The notes beneath the pieces are model-generated. The model saw only the letters and a list, made by a program, of their open reading frames with translations, did no database searches and was not told the DNA's origin. A DNA stretch of 62,099 nucleotides. Source: Gemmatimonadota bacterium. GTDB lineage: Bacteria > Gemmatimonadota > Gemmatimonadetes > Gemmatimonadales > Gemmatimonadaceae. The stretch lies in assembly GCA_028876725.1 (NCBI GenBank), contig JAGWRB010000044.1, positions 1-62,099 of the forward strand, read 5' to 3'. Made by a program: the position numbers and the translations under genes. Shown here in pieces: positions 34,725-43,363 of the stretch; positions within the stretch are counted from its first letter, which is position 1, and every line of letters starts with the position of its first letter.

Positions 34725-36347
34725 ATGAAACGCGAAATTCTGATCAATGCAACGCCGCGCGAAACGCGGGTTGCGATCCTGGAAGACGAGCAACTCGTTG
34801 AGCTCCTCGTCGACCGCCCGGAAGCCCGGCGCATGGTCGGCGACATCTACTTTGGCCGGGTCGAGGCGGTCCTCCCCGGCATCCAGGCCGCCTTCGTAGA
34901 CATCGGCACCGAAAAGAGTGCCTTCCTGCACGCGTCCGATCTCGTCTATCCGGAGCACGACGCCGACGAAGACGACGAGGACCACGACGCCGAGCACGAG
35001 GCCGGCGAGGGGCCAGACGCCGACGAAGCCGACGACGCCGACGGTGAAGCGCACGGCAACGGACGCCGCCGCCGTGGACGCGGCCAGCGCGCGCGCGCCA
35101 AGGCGCCGCCCATTCAGGACGTGCTCAAGCGCGGCCAGGACATCATCGTCCAGGTCTCCAAGGAGCCCATCTCCACCAAGGGGCCGCGCGTTACGGCGCA
35201 GATCTCGCTCGCCGGCCGGTTCCTGGTGTTCATGCCCTTCGCCTCGCGCGTGGGGGTGAGCCGCAAGATCGGCGAACGTGCCGAGCGTTCTCGGCTGCGC
35301 GAGATGGTCGAGGCCGTCCTGCCGAAGAATTCCGGCGGCGTGATCGCTCGCACGGTGGGTGAGGACGCCACGCAGGAAACGTTCAAGCGTGAGCTCGACA
35401 CGCTCATCAATCAGTGGAAGCGTATCAAGCGCAAGACGCACTTCGTGCGCGCGCCCGCGCTCATCCACCGCGAGACGAACCTCACGCGCGGGCTGGTGCG
35501 CGACCTGTTCAGCGAGAAGGTGGAGTCGGTGACGGTCGACTCCAAGCAGGTGTACAACGAGATCCTCGAGTATCTCAAGGGCGTGGCGCCCGATCTCGTC
35601 GACCGGGTCAAGCTCTGGGAAGACACGGCCAACATCTTCGACAAGGCCGGCATCGAACCGGAGATCCGCGACCTGTTCAAGCGCCGCTGCGATCTTCCGG
35701 CGGGCGGCTATTTGATCATCGAGCCCACCGAGGCCCTCGTGTCGGTGGACGTGAACTCGGGGCGCTACACGGGCAAGAAGGACCCCGAGAAGACGATTTT
35801 GCGCACGAACCTCGAGGCGGCGCGCGAGGTGGCCCGCCAGATCCGCCTGCGCGACATCGGCGGCATCATCGTGTGCGACTTCATCGACATGGAAACCAAG
35901 GCCAACCGCGACCGGGTGCTGCAGGAGCTGCGCAATCACCTGAGCCGCGACCGCGCCCGCACGAAGGCGTTCGCCGTGAGCGATCTGGGGCTCATCGAGA
36001 TGACGCGCCAGCGGGTGCGCCAGAGCCACCTGCAGAACATGACCGAGCCGTGCCCCACCTGCGCCGGCACCGGCCGCGTGTTCACCGCCGAGACGATCGT
36101 GCGGCGCGTGGAGCGCTCGGTGCGCCGGATGGGGGTGGAGGGGAAGAAGGACCCGCTCGTGGTCAAGCTGCACCCCGACGTGGCCATGTACGTGTTGGAG
36201 GAGGAGAAGGACCTCCTCAAGAAGCTGGAAAAGGCGGTGGGGTTCGGCCTCGAAATCCGAGACGACCCGCTGCTGCGCCCCGACGAGTTCAAGCTCGTGG
36301 TCAAGAGCGCGGGGCGGGACGTGACCCAGCAGTACGCCGTGGCCTGA
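34725..36347 (+). CDS. rng: ribonuclease E/G family endoribonuclease
   Basis: ATG 34725 gives MKREILINATPRETRVAILED. S1 domain GDIYFGRVEAVLPGIQAAFVDIG. Catalytic core VDVNSGRY, GGIIVCDFIDM. Zn-link CPTCAGTG. Confidence 0.85.
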   Translation: MKREILINATPRETRVAILEDEQLVELLVDRPEARRMVGDIYFGRVEAVLPGIQAAFVDIGTEKSAFLHASDLVYPEHDADEDDEDHDAEHEAGEGPDADEADDADGEAHGNGRRRRGRGQRARAKAPPIQDVLKRGQDIIVQVSKEPISTKGPRVTAQISLAGRFLVFMPFASRVGVSRKIGERAERSRLREMVEAVLPKNSGGVIARTVGEDATQETFKRELDTLINQWKRIKRKTHFVRAPALIHRETNLTRGLVRDLFSEKVESVTVDSKQVYNEILEYLKGVAPDLVDRVKLWEDTANIFDKAGIEPEIRDLFKRRCDLPAGGYLIIEPTEALVSVDVNSGRYTGKKDPEKTILRTNLEAAREVARQIRLRDIGGIIVCDFIDMETKANRDRVLQELRNHLSRDRARTKAFAVSDLGLIEMTRQRVRQSHLQNMTEPCPTCAGTGRVFTAETIVRRVERSVRRMGVEGKKDPLVVKLHPDVAMYVLEEEKDLLKKLEKAVGFGLEIRDDPLLRPDEFKLVVKSAGRDVTQQYAVA

Positions 36348-36379
36348 GGCGGGCGCTGCCGGTTGCCGTAGGCCCGTCG

Positions 36380-36408
36380 TTGACAACGAGATAGCGGCTA
36401 TCTACCTT
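36380..36408 (+). promoter_or_regulatory. candidate promoter of rplU-rpmA with an embedded palindrome
   Basis: TTGACA at 36380-36385, a 17-nt spacer, then a weak -10 TACCTT at 36403-36408. The spacer contains the perfect inverted repeat GATAGC-g-GCTATC (36390-36402). Confidence 0.25.
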
Positions 36409-36442
36409 TCAAGGCTCGCACGTATAAACCCCGATTTGCCCC

Positions 36443-36760
36443 ATGTCCTACGCAATCATTCGCACCGGCGGCAAGCAGTTCCGAGTCGAAACCGGTCGCT
36501 ACTACAAGATTCCCTCGCTGCCGGGTGAGCCCGGCGGCACGGTGGAGTTCAACGAGGTCCTCCTCGGCTCCGACGGCAAGACCGTCAAGACCGGGGTGCC
36601 CACGCTCACCGGGGCCAAGGTCACCGGCGAGATCCTGCGTCAGGGCCGCGGCGACAAGATCGTCGTGTTCAAGATGAAGCGTCGCAAGAACTACGCGAAA
36701 AAGCAGGGGCACCGGCAGGGCTTCACCGAAGTGATGATCAACGACATCAAGCTCGGCTGA
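36443..36760 (+). CDS. rplU: 50S ribosomal protein L21
   Basis: [16 protein letters not shown]..., 105 aa. Confidence 0.95.
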   Translation: MSYAIIRTGGKQFRVETGRYYKIPSLPGEPGGTVEFNEVLLGSDGKTVKTGVPTLTGAKVTGEILRQGRGDKIVVFKMKRRKNYAKKQGHRQGFTEVMINDIKLG

Positions 36761-36770
36761 GAGATTCGTC

Positions 36771-37055
36771 ATGGCACATAAAAAGGGCGTCGGCTCCTCC
36801 CGCAACGGCCGCGACAGCAATCCAAAGTTCCGCGGCATCAAGAAGTACGGCGGCGAACCCGTGGCGGCCGGCAACATCATCGTTCGCCAGTGCGGCACCA
36901 AGTGGCACCCCGGCCGCAACGTCGGCATGGGCACCGACTACACGATCTACTCGCTCATCGACGGGGTCGTGAAGTTCGAGCACCACTCCAAGGCGCGCTA
37001 CCGCGTGAGCGTGTACCCCGCGTCCGCCGAGTCCGAGACGACCTCGGCCGCGTAA
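36771..37055 (+). CDS. rpmA: 50S ribosomal protein L27
   Basis: [27 protein letters not shown]-like [13 protein letters not shown], 94 aa. Confidence 0.95.
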   Translation: MAHKKGVGSSRNGRDSNPKFRGIKKYGGEPVAAGNIIVRQCGTKWHPGRNVGMGTDYTIYSLIDGVVKFEHHSKARYRVSVYPASAESETTSAA

Positions 37056-37077
37056 GCGCCAGTCGCCACGTGTTTCC

Positions 37078-37114
37078 GCGCCCCCGGCCCAAACGGCCGG
37101 GGGCGCTTTGCGTT
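37078..37114 (+). terminator. rho-independent terminator after rpmA
   Basis: 12-bp perfect stem gcgcccccggcc / ggccgggggcgc with a 5-nt loop, followed by tttgcgtt. Confidence 0.8.
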
Positions 37115-37159
37115 CCCCCCTCGCTCGCAACTTTCGCCGCCTTCCCAGCGTAGGTTCCA

Positions 37160-37552
37160 GTGTCACCAGCGGCGGAGGAACCCGTGCCCATCTGGAACCG
37201 GATCCGCGACGAAGTGGAGCGCGCCACACGCGCCGCCCACAGCGCCATCGACGAAGGCAAGCTGCGCCTCGACCTCATGCGGGCCCGTCAGACCGCCGAC
37301 CGCGCGGCGCAACGGCTGGGCTACGCCGTGTTCAAGGCCAGGAAGGACGGCGGCGAGATCGCGCCCGACGTCTACAACCGGCATGCGTCGGAACTGGCGT
37401 CGTCGCAGGCGGAAATCGCGCGACTCGAGACGCTGCTGAAGGAGGCGGCCGCCCGCCGATCGCCGTCTACGCCCGGCCAGGAACCTCCGGCCGAGCCGGC
37501 GGCAGCCGAACCTGCACCCGCTCCGCCGGAGGAGCACGCGGCCGGCGCCTGA
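37160..37552 (+). CDS. hypothetical coiled-coil protein with a Pro/Ala-rich tail
   Basis: 130-aa ORF (GTG start). Helical heptad-like sequence (EGKLRLDLMRARQTADRAAQRLGYAVFKA..EIARLETLLKEAAA). No recognisable family. Confidence 0.4.
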   Translation: MSPAAEEPVPIWNRIRDEVERATRAAHSAIDEGKLRLDLMRARQTADRAAQRLGYAVFKARKDGGEIAPDVYNRHASELASSQAEIARLETLLKEAAARRSPSTPGQEPPAEPAAAEPAPAPPEEHAAGA

Positions 37553-37568
37553 CCCGCCTCAGGCGGGT
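37552..37568. terminator. short hairpin spanning the stops of two convergent genes
   Basis: 7-bp stem acccgcc / ggcgggt. The 3-nt loop tca is the complement of the GDPD stop codon, and the stem's first base is the last base of the upstream TGA. The intergenic gap is only 6 nt. Confidence 0.35.
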
Positions 37569-38263
37569 GGGCGATCCAGAATTCGCACGTCGTCGGTGCA
37601 GAGGCCGTCCACGCCCAGCGCCGTGAGCCGCTCGGCGAGGTCGGCGTCGTTCACCGTCCACACGATCACGCGTTTCTCAGCGGCGCGCGCGGCTGCCATG
37701 AATTCGGCGTCCACCAGCGACCAGTGCGGCCACAGGTCGCGCACCGGAATTCGCGACACGGCGGCCGTCGCCTGGCGTGTTCCCCGGTCGAGCAGCATGC
37801 CGTATGCCAGTTCGGGATGGCGAGCGCGAAGTTGCAGCACGGCGTCGTGGTCGAAGCTGTGAAACGCGCAGCGGTGCCCATACGCACGCGCGATCTCCGC
37901 CGATGGCTCGCCCGTACCCGCGCCCTTGAGCTCCACGTAGATCGTGGCCCGGCCGCCGATGGCATCGAACACGGCGTTGAGCGTGGGGATCGAGCCGCCC
38001 CGCGCGAGCCGGCAGGCGGCGACTTCGGCCAGCATCAATTCGGCAATGGCGGCCCGGGATCCATTGGGCAAACGCACGTCGGGATCGTGATGCACGACGA
38101 CGGCGCCGTCGCGCGTACGGTGCACGTCCAGCTCCACGGCGTCGGCGCCGCGCTCCACGGCGCGCACGAATCCCTCGATCGTGTTCTCGTCGAATTCGCG
38201 CGGGGCGCCGCGGTGCCCGATGCGTTCGGGGCGGGCGTGGGGGTGGGGGTCGCGATCGGCCAT
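37559..38263 (-). CDS. glycerophosphodiester phosphodiesterase (GDPD family)
   Basis: MADRDPHPHARPERIGHRGAPREFDENT..AVELDVHRTRDGAVVVHHD. An in-frame GTG at 38284 is an alternative start. Confidence 0.8.
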   Translation of the reverse strand: MADRDPHPHARPERIGHRGAPREFDENTIEGFVRAVERGADAVELDVHRTRDGAVVVHHDPDVRLPNGSRAAIAELMLAEVAACRLARGGSIPTLNAVFDAIGGRATIYVELKGAGTGEPSAEIARAYGHRCAFHSFDHDAVLQLRARHPELAYGMLLDRGTRQATAAVSRIPVRDLWPHWSLVDAEFMAAARAAEKRVIVWTVNDADLAERLTALGVDGLCTDDVRILDRPPA

Positions 38264-38344
38264 GGCGGTGTATAATTGCCGCACCCGCCATTGGGCAAGT
38301 TCTTAACGCCGCGGGGGCGCCGACGTCCGACCATCGGGACCCAC

Positions 38345-38899
38345 ATGACCGACGCGATCCGGAGCAGGGATGAACGGGGGGACCTCGAGCTCATCGACGC
38401 ATGGCGGGCAGGGGATGAAAGGGCAGCGACGCTGCTCGTGTCCCGGCACGCCCCGGCGGTGGCGCGCTTCGTGGTCAGTTGTGGGGAGCGCGAGGAGGTG
38501 GACGAGCTGGTGCAGGACACCTTCGTGCGGGCCTTCGGCGCGCTCGACGGGTTCCGGGCCGACAGCTCCCTCCGAACATGGCTGTTCACCATCGCCCGGC
38601 GGCTGTTGCTCGATCGCCGGCGGGCCGATCGCCGACGGCGCGACCGCGTGCAGATCGACGAGGCCGACGCCGTCACCGAGGTGGACGCGCTCGACGGGGT
38701 GGTGGCGGGGGAAACGGAGCGGCGCATCGGTCAGGCGATGGCGCGGTTGTCGCCCAAGCAGCGCGAGGTCTTCACATTGCGCGTCACCGAAGGTCTAACG
38801 TACAAGGACATCGCCGACGTGGTCGGCACGACGGAGGGCGCGGCGCGGGTGCACTATCACAACGCCGTGCAGACGATCAAGGAGTTTCTCGATGACTGA
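38345..38899 (+). CDS. ECF-type RNA polymerase sigma factor
   Basis: ATG 38345. Region 2 is DELVQDTFVRAF..SLRTWLFTIARR. Region 4 is LTYKDIADVVGTTEGAARVHYHNAV. Confidence 0.85.
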   Translation: MTDAIRSRDERGDLELIDAWRAGDERAATLLVSRHAPAVARFVVSCGEREEVDELVQDTFVRAFGALDGFRADSSLRTWLFTIARRLLLDRRRADRRRRDRVQIDEADAVTEVDALDGVVAGETERRIGQAMARLSPKQREVFTLRVTEGLTYKDIADVVGTTEGAARVHYHNAVQTIKEFLDD

Positions 38900-39437
38900 A
38901 TGCCCCAACCGAGAGATCCGGGACCTGTTGCCGGAGCTGCTGCACGGCGCGCTCGACGGGGCGACGCGGTCCCGCGTAGAGGCGCATGTCGCCGAGTGCG
39001 TGAGCTGCCGCGAGGAGCTGGCGCTGCTGCGGCAGGTGCAGGCGCTGGCGCCGCGCGTCCGCGTGGACGTGGCGCGCATCGTGTCGGCGCTGCCCGCGCC
39101 GGAGCTGGCGCGGTGGCGCGCGTGGAGTTCACACGCGTGGCAGATCGCCGCCGCCGTGGTGTTCATGGCCGCCGGCGGGACGCTCGTGGCGCGCCAGATG
39201 CGTCGGGCGCCGGATGCCGACCGCACGCGGCCCGCCGTGGTGGCCTCCACGTACGATTCCGCCGTCGGCGGCACGGCCACCGGCGACGTGGAGCTCTCAG
39301 TGGGATATGACTACTCTGAACTCACCGATGCGCAGCTTCAGGCCCTGCTCAAGGACGTGGAGCACATGAGCGCGGTGCCGATGGCCGAGCCCGACGCGTC
39401 GGTCCCGGCCGTCACGGTGACCAACGGAGGGGTGTGA
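38892..39437 (+). CDS. membrane anti-sigma factor (zf-HC2)
   Basis: HVAECVSCREELALL motif near the N-terminus and a single TM helix WQIAAAVVFMAAGGTLVA. Overlaps the sigma gene by 8 nt. Confidence 0.7.
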   Translation: MTECPNREIRDLLPELLHGALDGATRSRVEAHVAECVSCREELALLRQVQALAPRVRVDVARIVSALPAPELARWRAWSSHAWQIAAAVVFMAAGGTLVARQMRRAPDADRTRPAVVASTYDSAVGGTATGDVELSVGYDYSELTDAQLQALLKDVEHMSAVPMAEPDASVPAVTVTNGGV

Positions 39438-39985
39438 TGCGAAACGCGCGACGGACTTGGCTGGCCCTCGCGGCACTGCTCGTGGCGGCGCCCGTAACGG
39501 CGCGGGCGCAGGGGGACACGGGGCGCCGGGGTGACGGGCCGCCGCCGATGATGCGCGGGCGCGGCGCGGAGCGGATGCGCATTCAGCGTGAGATCCGCCA
39601 GGCGTTCACGCGCGCCGTGCGCAACCAGGTGGGGCTCGACGACGAGCAGATGCGCAAGCTGGCCCCGATCAATCGCTCGTACGCGCAGCAGCGGCAGGCC
39701 CTGGCGCGCGAGGAGCGGGGGATCCGCATGGCGCTGCGCGACGAGCTGTCGAAGGCCCAGCCCGATCAGGACAGCGTGGCGAAACTGTCCGATCGGCTGC
39801 AGGCGCTCCCGCGGCGCCGGCTCGACCTGACCGACGCCGAGGACAGGGAGCTGAGCGGGATCATGACGCCGGTGCAGCTCGCGAAATACCGGGCCCTGGT
39901 AGAGCGCGTGCAGCGTCAACTCAACATGATGCGGCCGCCGATGATGGGCGGGGACCGGCCGCCGCCGGATTCGACGGGGCGGTGA
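39434..39985 (+). CDS. periplasmic LTXXQ/Spy-CpxP-like protein
   Basis: Signal peptide MMRNARRTWLALAALLVAAPVTARAQ. Repeated L-x-x-x-Q-type helices (LDDEQMRKL, MTPVQLAKY). ATGA-type overlap with the anti-sigma gene. Confidence 0.55.
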   Translation: MMRNARRTWLALAALLVAAPVTARAQGDTGRRGDGPPPMMRGRGAERMRIQREIRQAFTRAVRNQVGLDDEQMRKLAPINRSYAQQRQALAREERGIRMALRDELSKAQPDQDSVAKLSDRLQALPRRRLDLTDAEDRELSGIMTPVQLAKYRALVERVQRQLNMMRPPMMGGDRPPPDSTGR

Positions 39986-40026
39986 ACGGGTGAGGGCGTG
40001 AGGCGGTGAGGCGCTGAAGCGGAAAA

Positions 40027-40060
40027 ACGGCGGGACGGCGTTGAGGCGCCGTCCCGCCGT
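40027..40060. terminator. strong hairpin between the LTXXQ gene and tRNA-Leu
   Basis: 14-bp stem acggcgggacggcg / cgccgtcccgccgt with a 6-nt loop. It is preceded by gaaaaa, so the T-run lies on the minus strand. There is no T-run on the plus strand. Confidence 0.5.
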
Positions 40061-40079
40061 GGCTATGTTCCGGCGCAGC

Positions 40080-40163
40080 GCCCGGGTGGCGGAATTGGTA
40101 GACGCAGGGGACTCAAAATCCCCCACCGGCAACGGCGTGCGGGTTCGACTCCCGCCTCGGGCA
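40080..40163 (+). tRNA. tRNA-Leu (anticodon CAA)
   Basis: Hand-folded cloverleaf. Acceptor GCCCGGG/CTCGGGC with one G-U pair. Anticodon stem GGGGA/TCCCC with loop CT-CAA-AA. Long variable arm. T-arm GCGGG-TTCGACT-CCCGC. Discriminator A. Confidence 0.9.
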
Positions 40164-40199
40164 CTCGATTCTCATAGGGAAAATGGACGCAGCCATCAC

Positions 40200-40229
40200 A
40201 AACGTGCTCTCGGCCTCGGGAGCACGTTT
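40200..40229. terminator. bidirectional terminator hairpin (tRNA-Leu on +, mer operon on -)
   Basis: 10-bp stem aaacgtgctc / gagcacgttt. The stem arms themselves supply an A-run on the 5' side and a T-run on the 3' side. Confidence 0.6.
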
Positions 40230-40430
40230 GGCGTTGGTGGTAAAAAGGGTGGTAACTTGATGACGGGGGATTGCGGCGAATTGCGCGGTCTGAAGGAGTG
40301 CACGCCCGAAACCCGAGCTTGTCTTGATGGAAGACCCGGACCAACCGGCGTTGACGAACCCGCGACCCGGGCCGGCGGCCAAGGCCCCTTCGGAAGTCCA
40401 CGGGGGCGCCGCTGCCGTGGGAGCCCGCGC

Positions 40431-40844
40431 TCAACGAACCCCGCGCTGATCCATCACGCCCTTCAACGACGCACCGATCAGCGTCACCATTCCGACCACG
40501 ATGAGGACGTCGGCCGGACGGCCGGTGCCGCGGACGATGTGCGGCAGCAGGACCCCAGCCCACGCGAGCGTGCCCCCGACGATGCCGGCCCAGAAGACGG
40601 CGTAGCGGGATGCCCGGCCGGCGAGCGCGCGCCCCTGAACCGCGAGATTCCACCCGATCCAGAGCACCGAGAGCGTCATGAGCGGCCCCAGGACGTACAC
40701 GTTCATCGCGTGCCGCACGGCCCCCAACCCCACCACCGAGGCTGCCGCGATGACGATGGGGGCAGCGCCCAAGCAGCACGCGCTGACGAACAGCGTGCCG
40801 ATGAGACCGACGGACTGACGACCCAAAGCGGAACGCATCCTCAC
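40431..40844 (-). CDS. MerC-like mercury-transport membrane protein
   Basis: 137 aa, about 4 TM helices, vicinal Cys pair in TM1 (FVSACCLGAAP). It is the last gene after merA. The family assignment is tentative. Confidence 0.5.
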   Translation of the reverse strand: MRMRSALGRQSVGLIGTLFVSACCLGAAPIVIAAASVVGLGAVRHAMNVYVLGPLMTLSVLWIGWNLAVQGRALAGRASRYAVFWAGIVGGTLAWAGVLLPHIVRGTGRPADVLIVVGMVTLIGASLKGVMDQRGVR

Positions 40845-40915
40845 CTCCTATGACGAGCGATCTGCGCCGATGCCGGGACCGTGAGAGACGCGGGGCCGCT
40901 TCCGGGACCGATCGG

Positions 40916-42586
40916 TTATGCCGCGCAACATGAGAGCTTCGCGACATCCTTGTTGAAAGTTTGCGCGGCGAGCTTGATCCCTTCAGACAGCGTGAGATAC
41001 GGATGGAACGCCGCGCTCAGATCTTCGATCGTCAGCCCGTACCTGATGGCCAGCGAGGCCTCGGTAATCATCTCCCCCGCTTCGGCGGCCAGAATGTGCG
41101 CGCCGATGATCCGGCGCGTCGCCCCATCTGCTACCAGGTTCACGAACCCCCGGGTGTCGCGTGCCGCCAGGGCGCGCGGAACGTGTTCCAAGGGGAGCGT
41201 CGACACTAACGGTTCAATCCCATCGGCCCGGGCCTGGTCGCCGGTCACCCCCACCGACGCGACGGCGGGATCCGTGAACGTGACCCTGGGCAACGCCGTG
41301 AGGTCGTAGCGCCGCCCATGTCCCATCAGCGCGTTTTCGGCCGCCACGGTCCCGCCGTAGGCGGACACGTACACGAACATCGGGTCTCCGATGACGTCGC
41401 CGGCTGCATAGACGTCGGGGTTCGCCGTTTGCAGATACTCGTTCACCGTGATCGAGCCCCTGGCGCCGAGCGAGACTCCCGCCGATTCGAGGCCGAAGCC
41501 GGACGTATTCGGCCGACGTCCCGTGGCGACCAGCAGCCGCTCGGCACTCACCGTCCGCGCGTGCCCGTCGTCGTGGAGCGTGACGGCGTAGCCGTGGACG
41601 GTCCGGTCTACCCGCTCGATGCGGACCCCGGTACATACCTCAAGCCCTTCCGCCATGAGGTAGCCGGCCAGCGCGGCACCCACTGCCGGATCCTCGGCGG
41701 GCACCACGTGGGGAAGCGCTTCCAGTACCGTAACCGCAACGCCGAGCCGCGCGAACATCTGCGCCAACTCCAGTCCCAAGGTGCTCGCCCCGACCACGAT
41801 CAGCGAGGCAGGCAGATGCTGAAGCGCCATTGCCGACGCGTTGTCCAGGAACCCGGCCTCGGCCAGCCCGGGGATCGGCGCAGGCCATGGAGACGCCCCC
41901 GTGGCGACGATGATCTTGCCGGCGGTGAGCGTCCTGCCGTCGGCGAGCCGAACGTCGTGGCCGGACGCGAGCTCCGCCCGCGTTTCGAACAGCGTGACCG
42001 ACGGGTACGACGCCAGAACGTCCCAGTACTTGGCTTGCCGAAGGTGCGCCACGAGGGCGTCTTTCTCGGCGCGCACGGCCGGCCAGTCCGCGCGCCCGTC
42101 GGTAGCGGGGATGCCACGAAAACCGTGGTGCACGCGGCAGTGTTGGGCCTCGGCGGCCCGGATCAACGTCTTCGAGGGCACGCATCCTACATTGACGCAC
42201 GTGCCCCCGAGCGTGGCCCCCTCGACCATGGCCACCCTGGCGCCCAACTCGGCCGCCTTGATCGCGGCGGCGAATCCGGCCGAGCCCCCGCCGACGATCG
42301 CGAGGTCGTAGTCGTGGCCCGCGCGCGCCGGGCTTGCGGAGGCGGGATTCGCTCGCGGTTCGGGTCGCACGCGCGCCTCGTAGCCGGCCTTCGCGACGGC
42401 GCCTTCGATGCTGGCCGCGGTCGCCTCGGGGCCGGCCGTGATGCGCGCGCGACTGCCCGTCTGGCTGACCTCGATCACCTGCTGCACCCCCGGGCCGCCC
42501 CGGAGCGCGGCGGCGACCGTCCGCTCGCAGTGCTCGCAGGTCATCCCGTTCACCTCGATGGTCACCTCGCGCCATGGGCCGCTCAT
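40916..42586 (-). CDS. merA: mercuric reductase MerA with an N-terminal HMA domain
   Basis: NmerA GMTCEHC, FAD motif IVGGGSAGFAAA, redox-active GGTCVNVGCVPSK and a C-terminal Cys pair (..KLSCCAA). Confidence 0.92.
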   Translation of the reverse strand: MSGPWREVTIEVNGMTCEHCERTVAAALRGGPGVQQVIEVSQTGSRARITAGPEATAASIEGAVAKAGYEARVRPEPRANPASASPARAGHDYDLAIVGGGSAGFAAAIKAAELGARVAMVEGATLGGTCVNVGCVPSKTLIRAAEAQHCRVHHGFRGIPATDGRADWPAVRAEKDALVAHLRQAKYWDVLASYPSVTLFETRAELASGHDVRLADGRTLTAGKIIVATGASPWPAPIPGLAEAGFLDNASAMALQHLPASLIVVGASTLGLELAQMFARLGVAVTVLEALPHVVPAEDPAVGAALAGYLMAEGLEVCTGVRIERVDRTVHGYAVTLHDDGHARTVSAERLLVATGRRPNTSGFGLESAGVSLGARGSITVNEYLQTANPDVYAAGDVIGDPMFVYVSAYGGTVAAENALMGHGRRYDLTALPRVTFTDPAVASVGVTGDQARADGIEPLVSTLPLEHVPRALAARDTRGFVNLVADGATRRIIGAHILAAEAGEMITEASLAIRYGLTIEDLSAAFHPYLTLSEGIKLAAQTFNKDVAKLSCCAA

Positions 42587-42969
42587 AGCCCCCCCGCGCG
42601 CTCGCGTGGCGCCGATCTGGCGGCGGTGGAAAGCATCCGCGCTCCGAAGCCCGTGAGCCGGGTCAATTCTCCGGCAATGCGCGCCGGGGTCACCTTGCGC
42701 GGATCATAACGCACCACGGCGAGGCTGTCGCCGAGGATCACCGTGGCCGAGTAGACCCCCGGAACACGGCGCAACACGAGCCGAGCCGTGACGGGACACG
42801 AGCCGCACGTCATCCCGGACACATGCAAGCGGGCGGTCGCGGTATCGGGTGGGACCAGCGAGCGCGTCGTCACGGCCGCGCTCGCGGTGGCCGCGTGCGG
42901 GACGCACACCGGGCAAAGCACGGCGCCGCCGGCAAGCGCGACGAGTAGGGCGGTTGTCATAACCTTCAT
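42583..42969 (-). CDS. merP: periplasmic mercury-binding protein MerP-like
   Basis: ATG 42969 is preceded by GGAGGAA. Has a signal peptide and an HMA fold with GMTCGSCP. Overlaps merA by 4 nt. Confidence 0.8.
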   Translation of the reverse strand: MKVMTTALLVALAGGAVLCPVCVPHAATASAAVTTRSLVPPDTATARLHVSGMTCGSCPVTARLVLRRVPGVYSATVILGDSLAVVRYDPRKVTPARIAGELTRLTGFGARMLSTAARSAPRERAGGL

Positions 42970-43000
42970 TGCGGCGTTCCTCCAGGAAAGTGCCGTGTGC

Positions 43001-43363
43001 TCACGACAGGACCCACGCTGACCAGGCGGGAAAGGTCGCGAAAAGGATGGCCACGCCCGTGGCCACATCGAGGATGATGCGCATGCGGCGCCGCGCCGCC
43101 GGGCTGGCGCACAGTCGGCCGGGTTCGCAGGCGCGCGATTCCTCGCGGCGCAGCACCCAGAACCCGGCGCCGAGAAGCAGGGCGGTCGCGATCAGAAAGT
43201 AGGGGCGAAGCGGCTCGAACCGCGCCGCCAAGCCGGCCCCCGAGACGCCGAGGGCGACGGCGGCCAGGGGGCCCGCGCAACAGAGCGCGGACGCAATGGC
43301 CGCGATCACCCCGCCCCCGGCCGCCAGGGCCGATTTCGTCGTCGCTCCGGTCTCGTCAGGCAT
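43001..43363 (-). CDS. merT: mercuric ion transporter MerT-like
   Basis: 120 aa with a vicinal Cys pair in TM1 (ALCCAGPL) and a second pair spaced by 6 (ACEPGRLC), as in MerT. Confidence 0.8.
   Translation of the reverse strand: MPDETGATTKSALAAGGGVIAAIASALCCAGPLAAVALGVSGAGLAARFEPLRPYFLIATALLLGAGFWVLRREESRACEPGRLCASPAARRRMRIILDVATGVAILFATFPAWSAWVLS

Noticed and set aside
38271-38276. Perfect TATAAT upstream of the first ECF sigma gene.
   Set aside because: No acceptable -35 lies 16-19 nt upstream (the sequence there is ggtcgc). It also lies inside the alternative 5' extension of the divergent GDPD gene. This is too weak to call.
40041-40853. 270-aa + ORF and 89-aa - ORF (40113-40382) covering the tRNA-Leu/mer spacer.
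   Set aside because: They run straight through the tRNA gene, a terminator hairpin and the antisense of the MerC-like gene. Their composition is junk-like.
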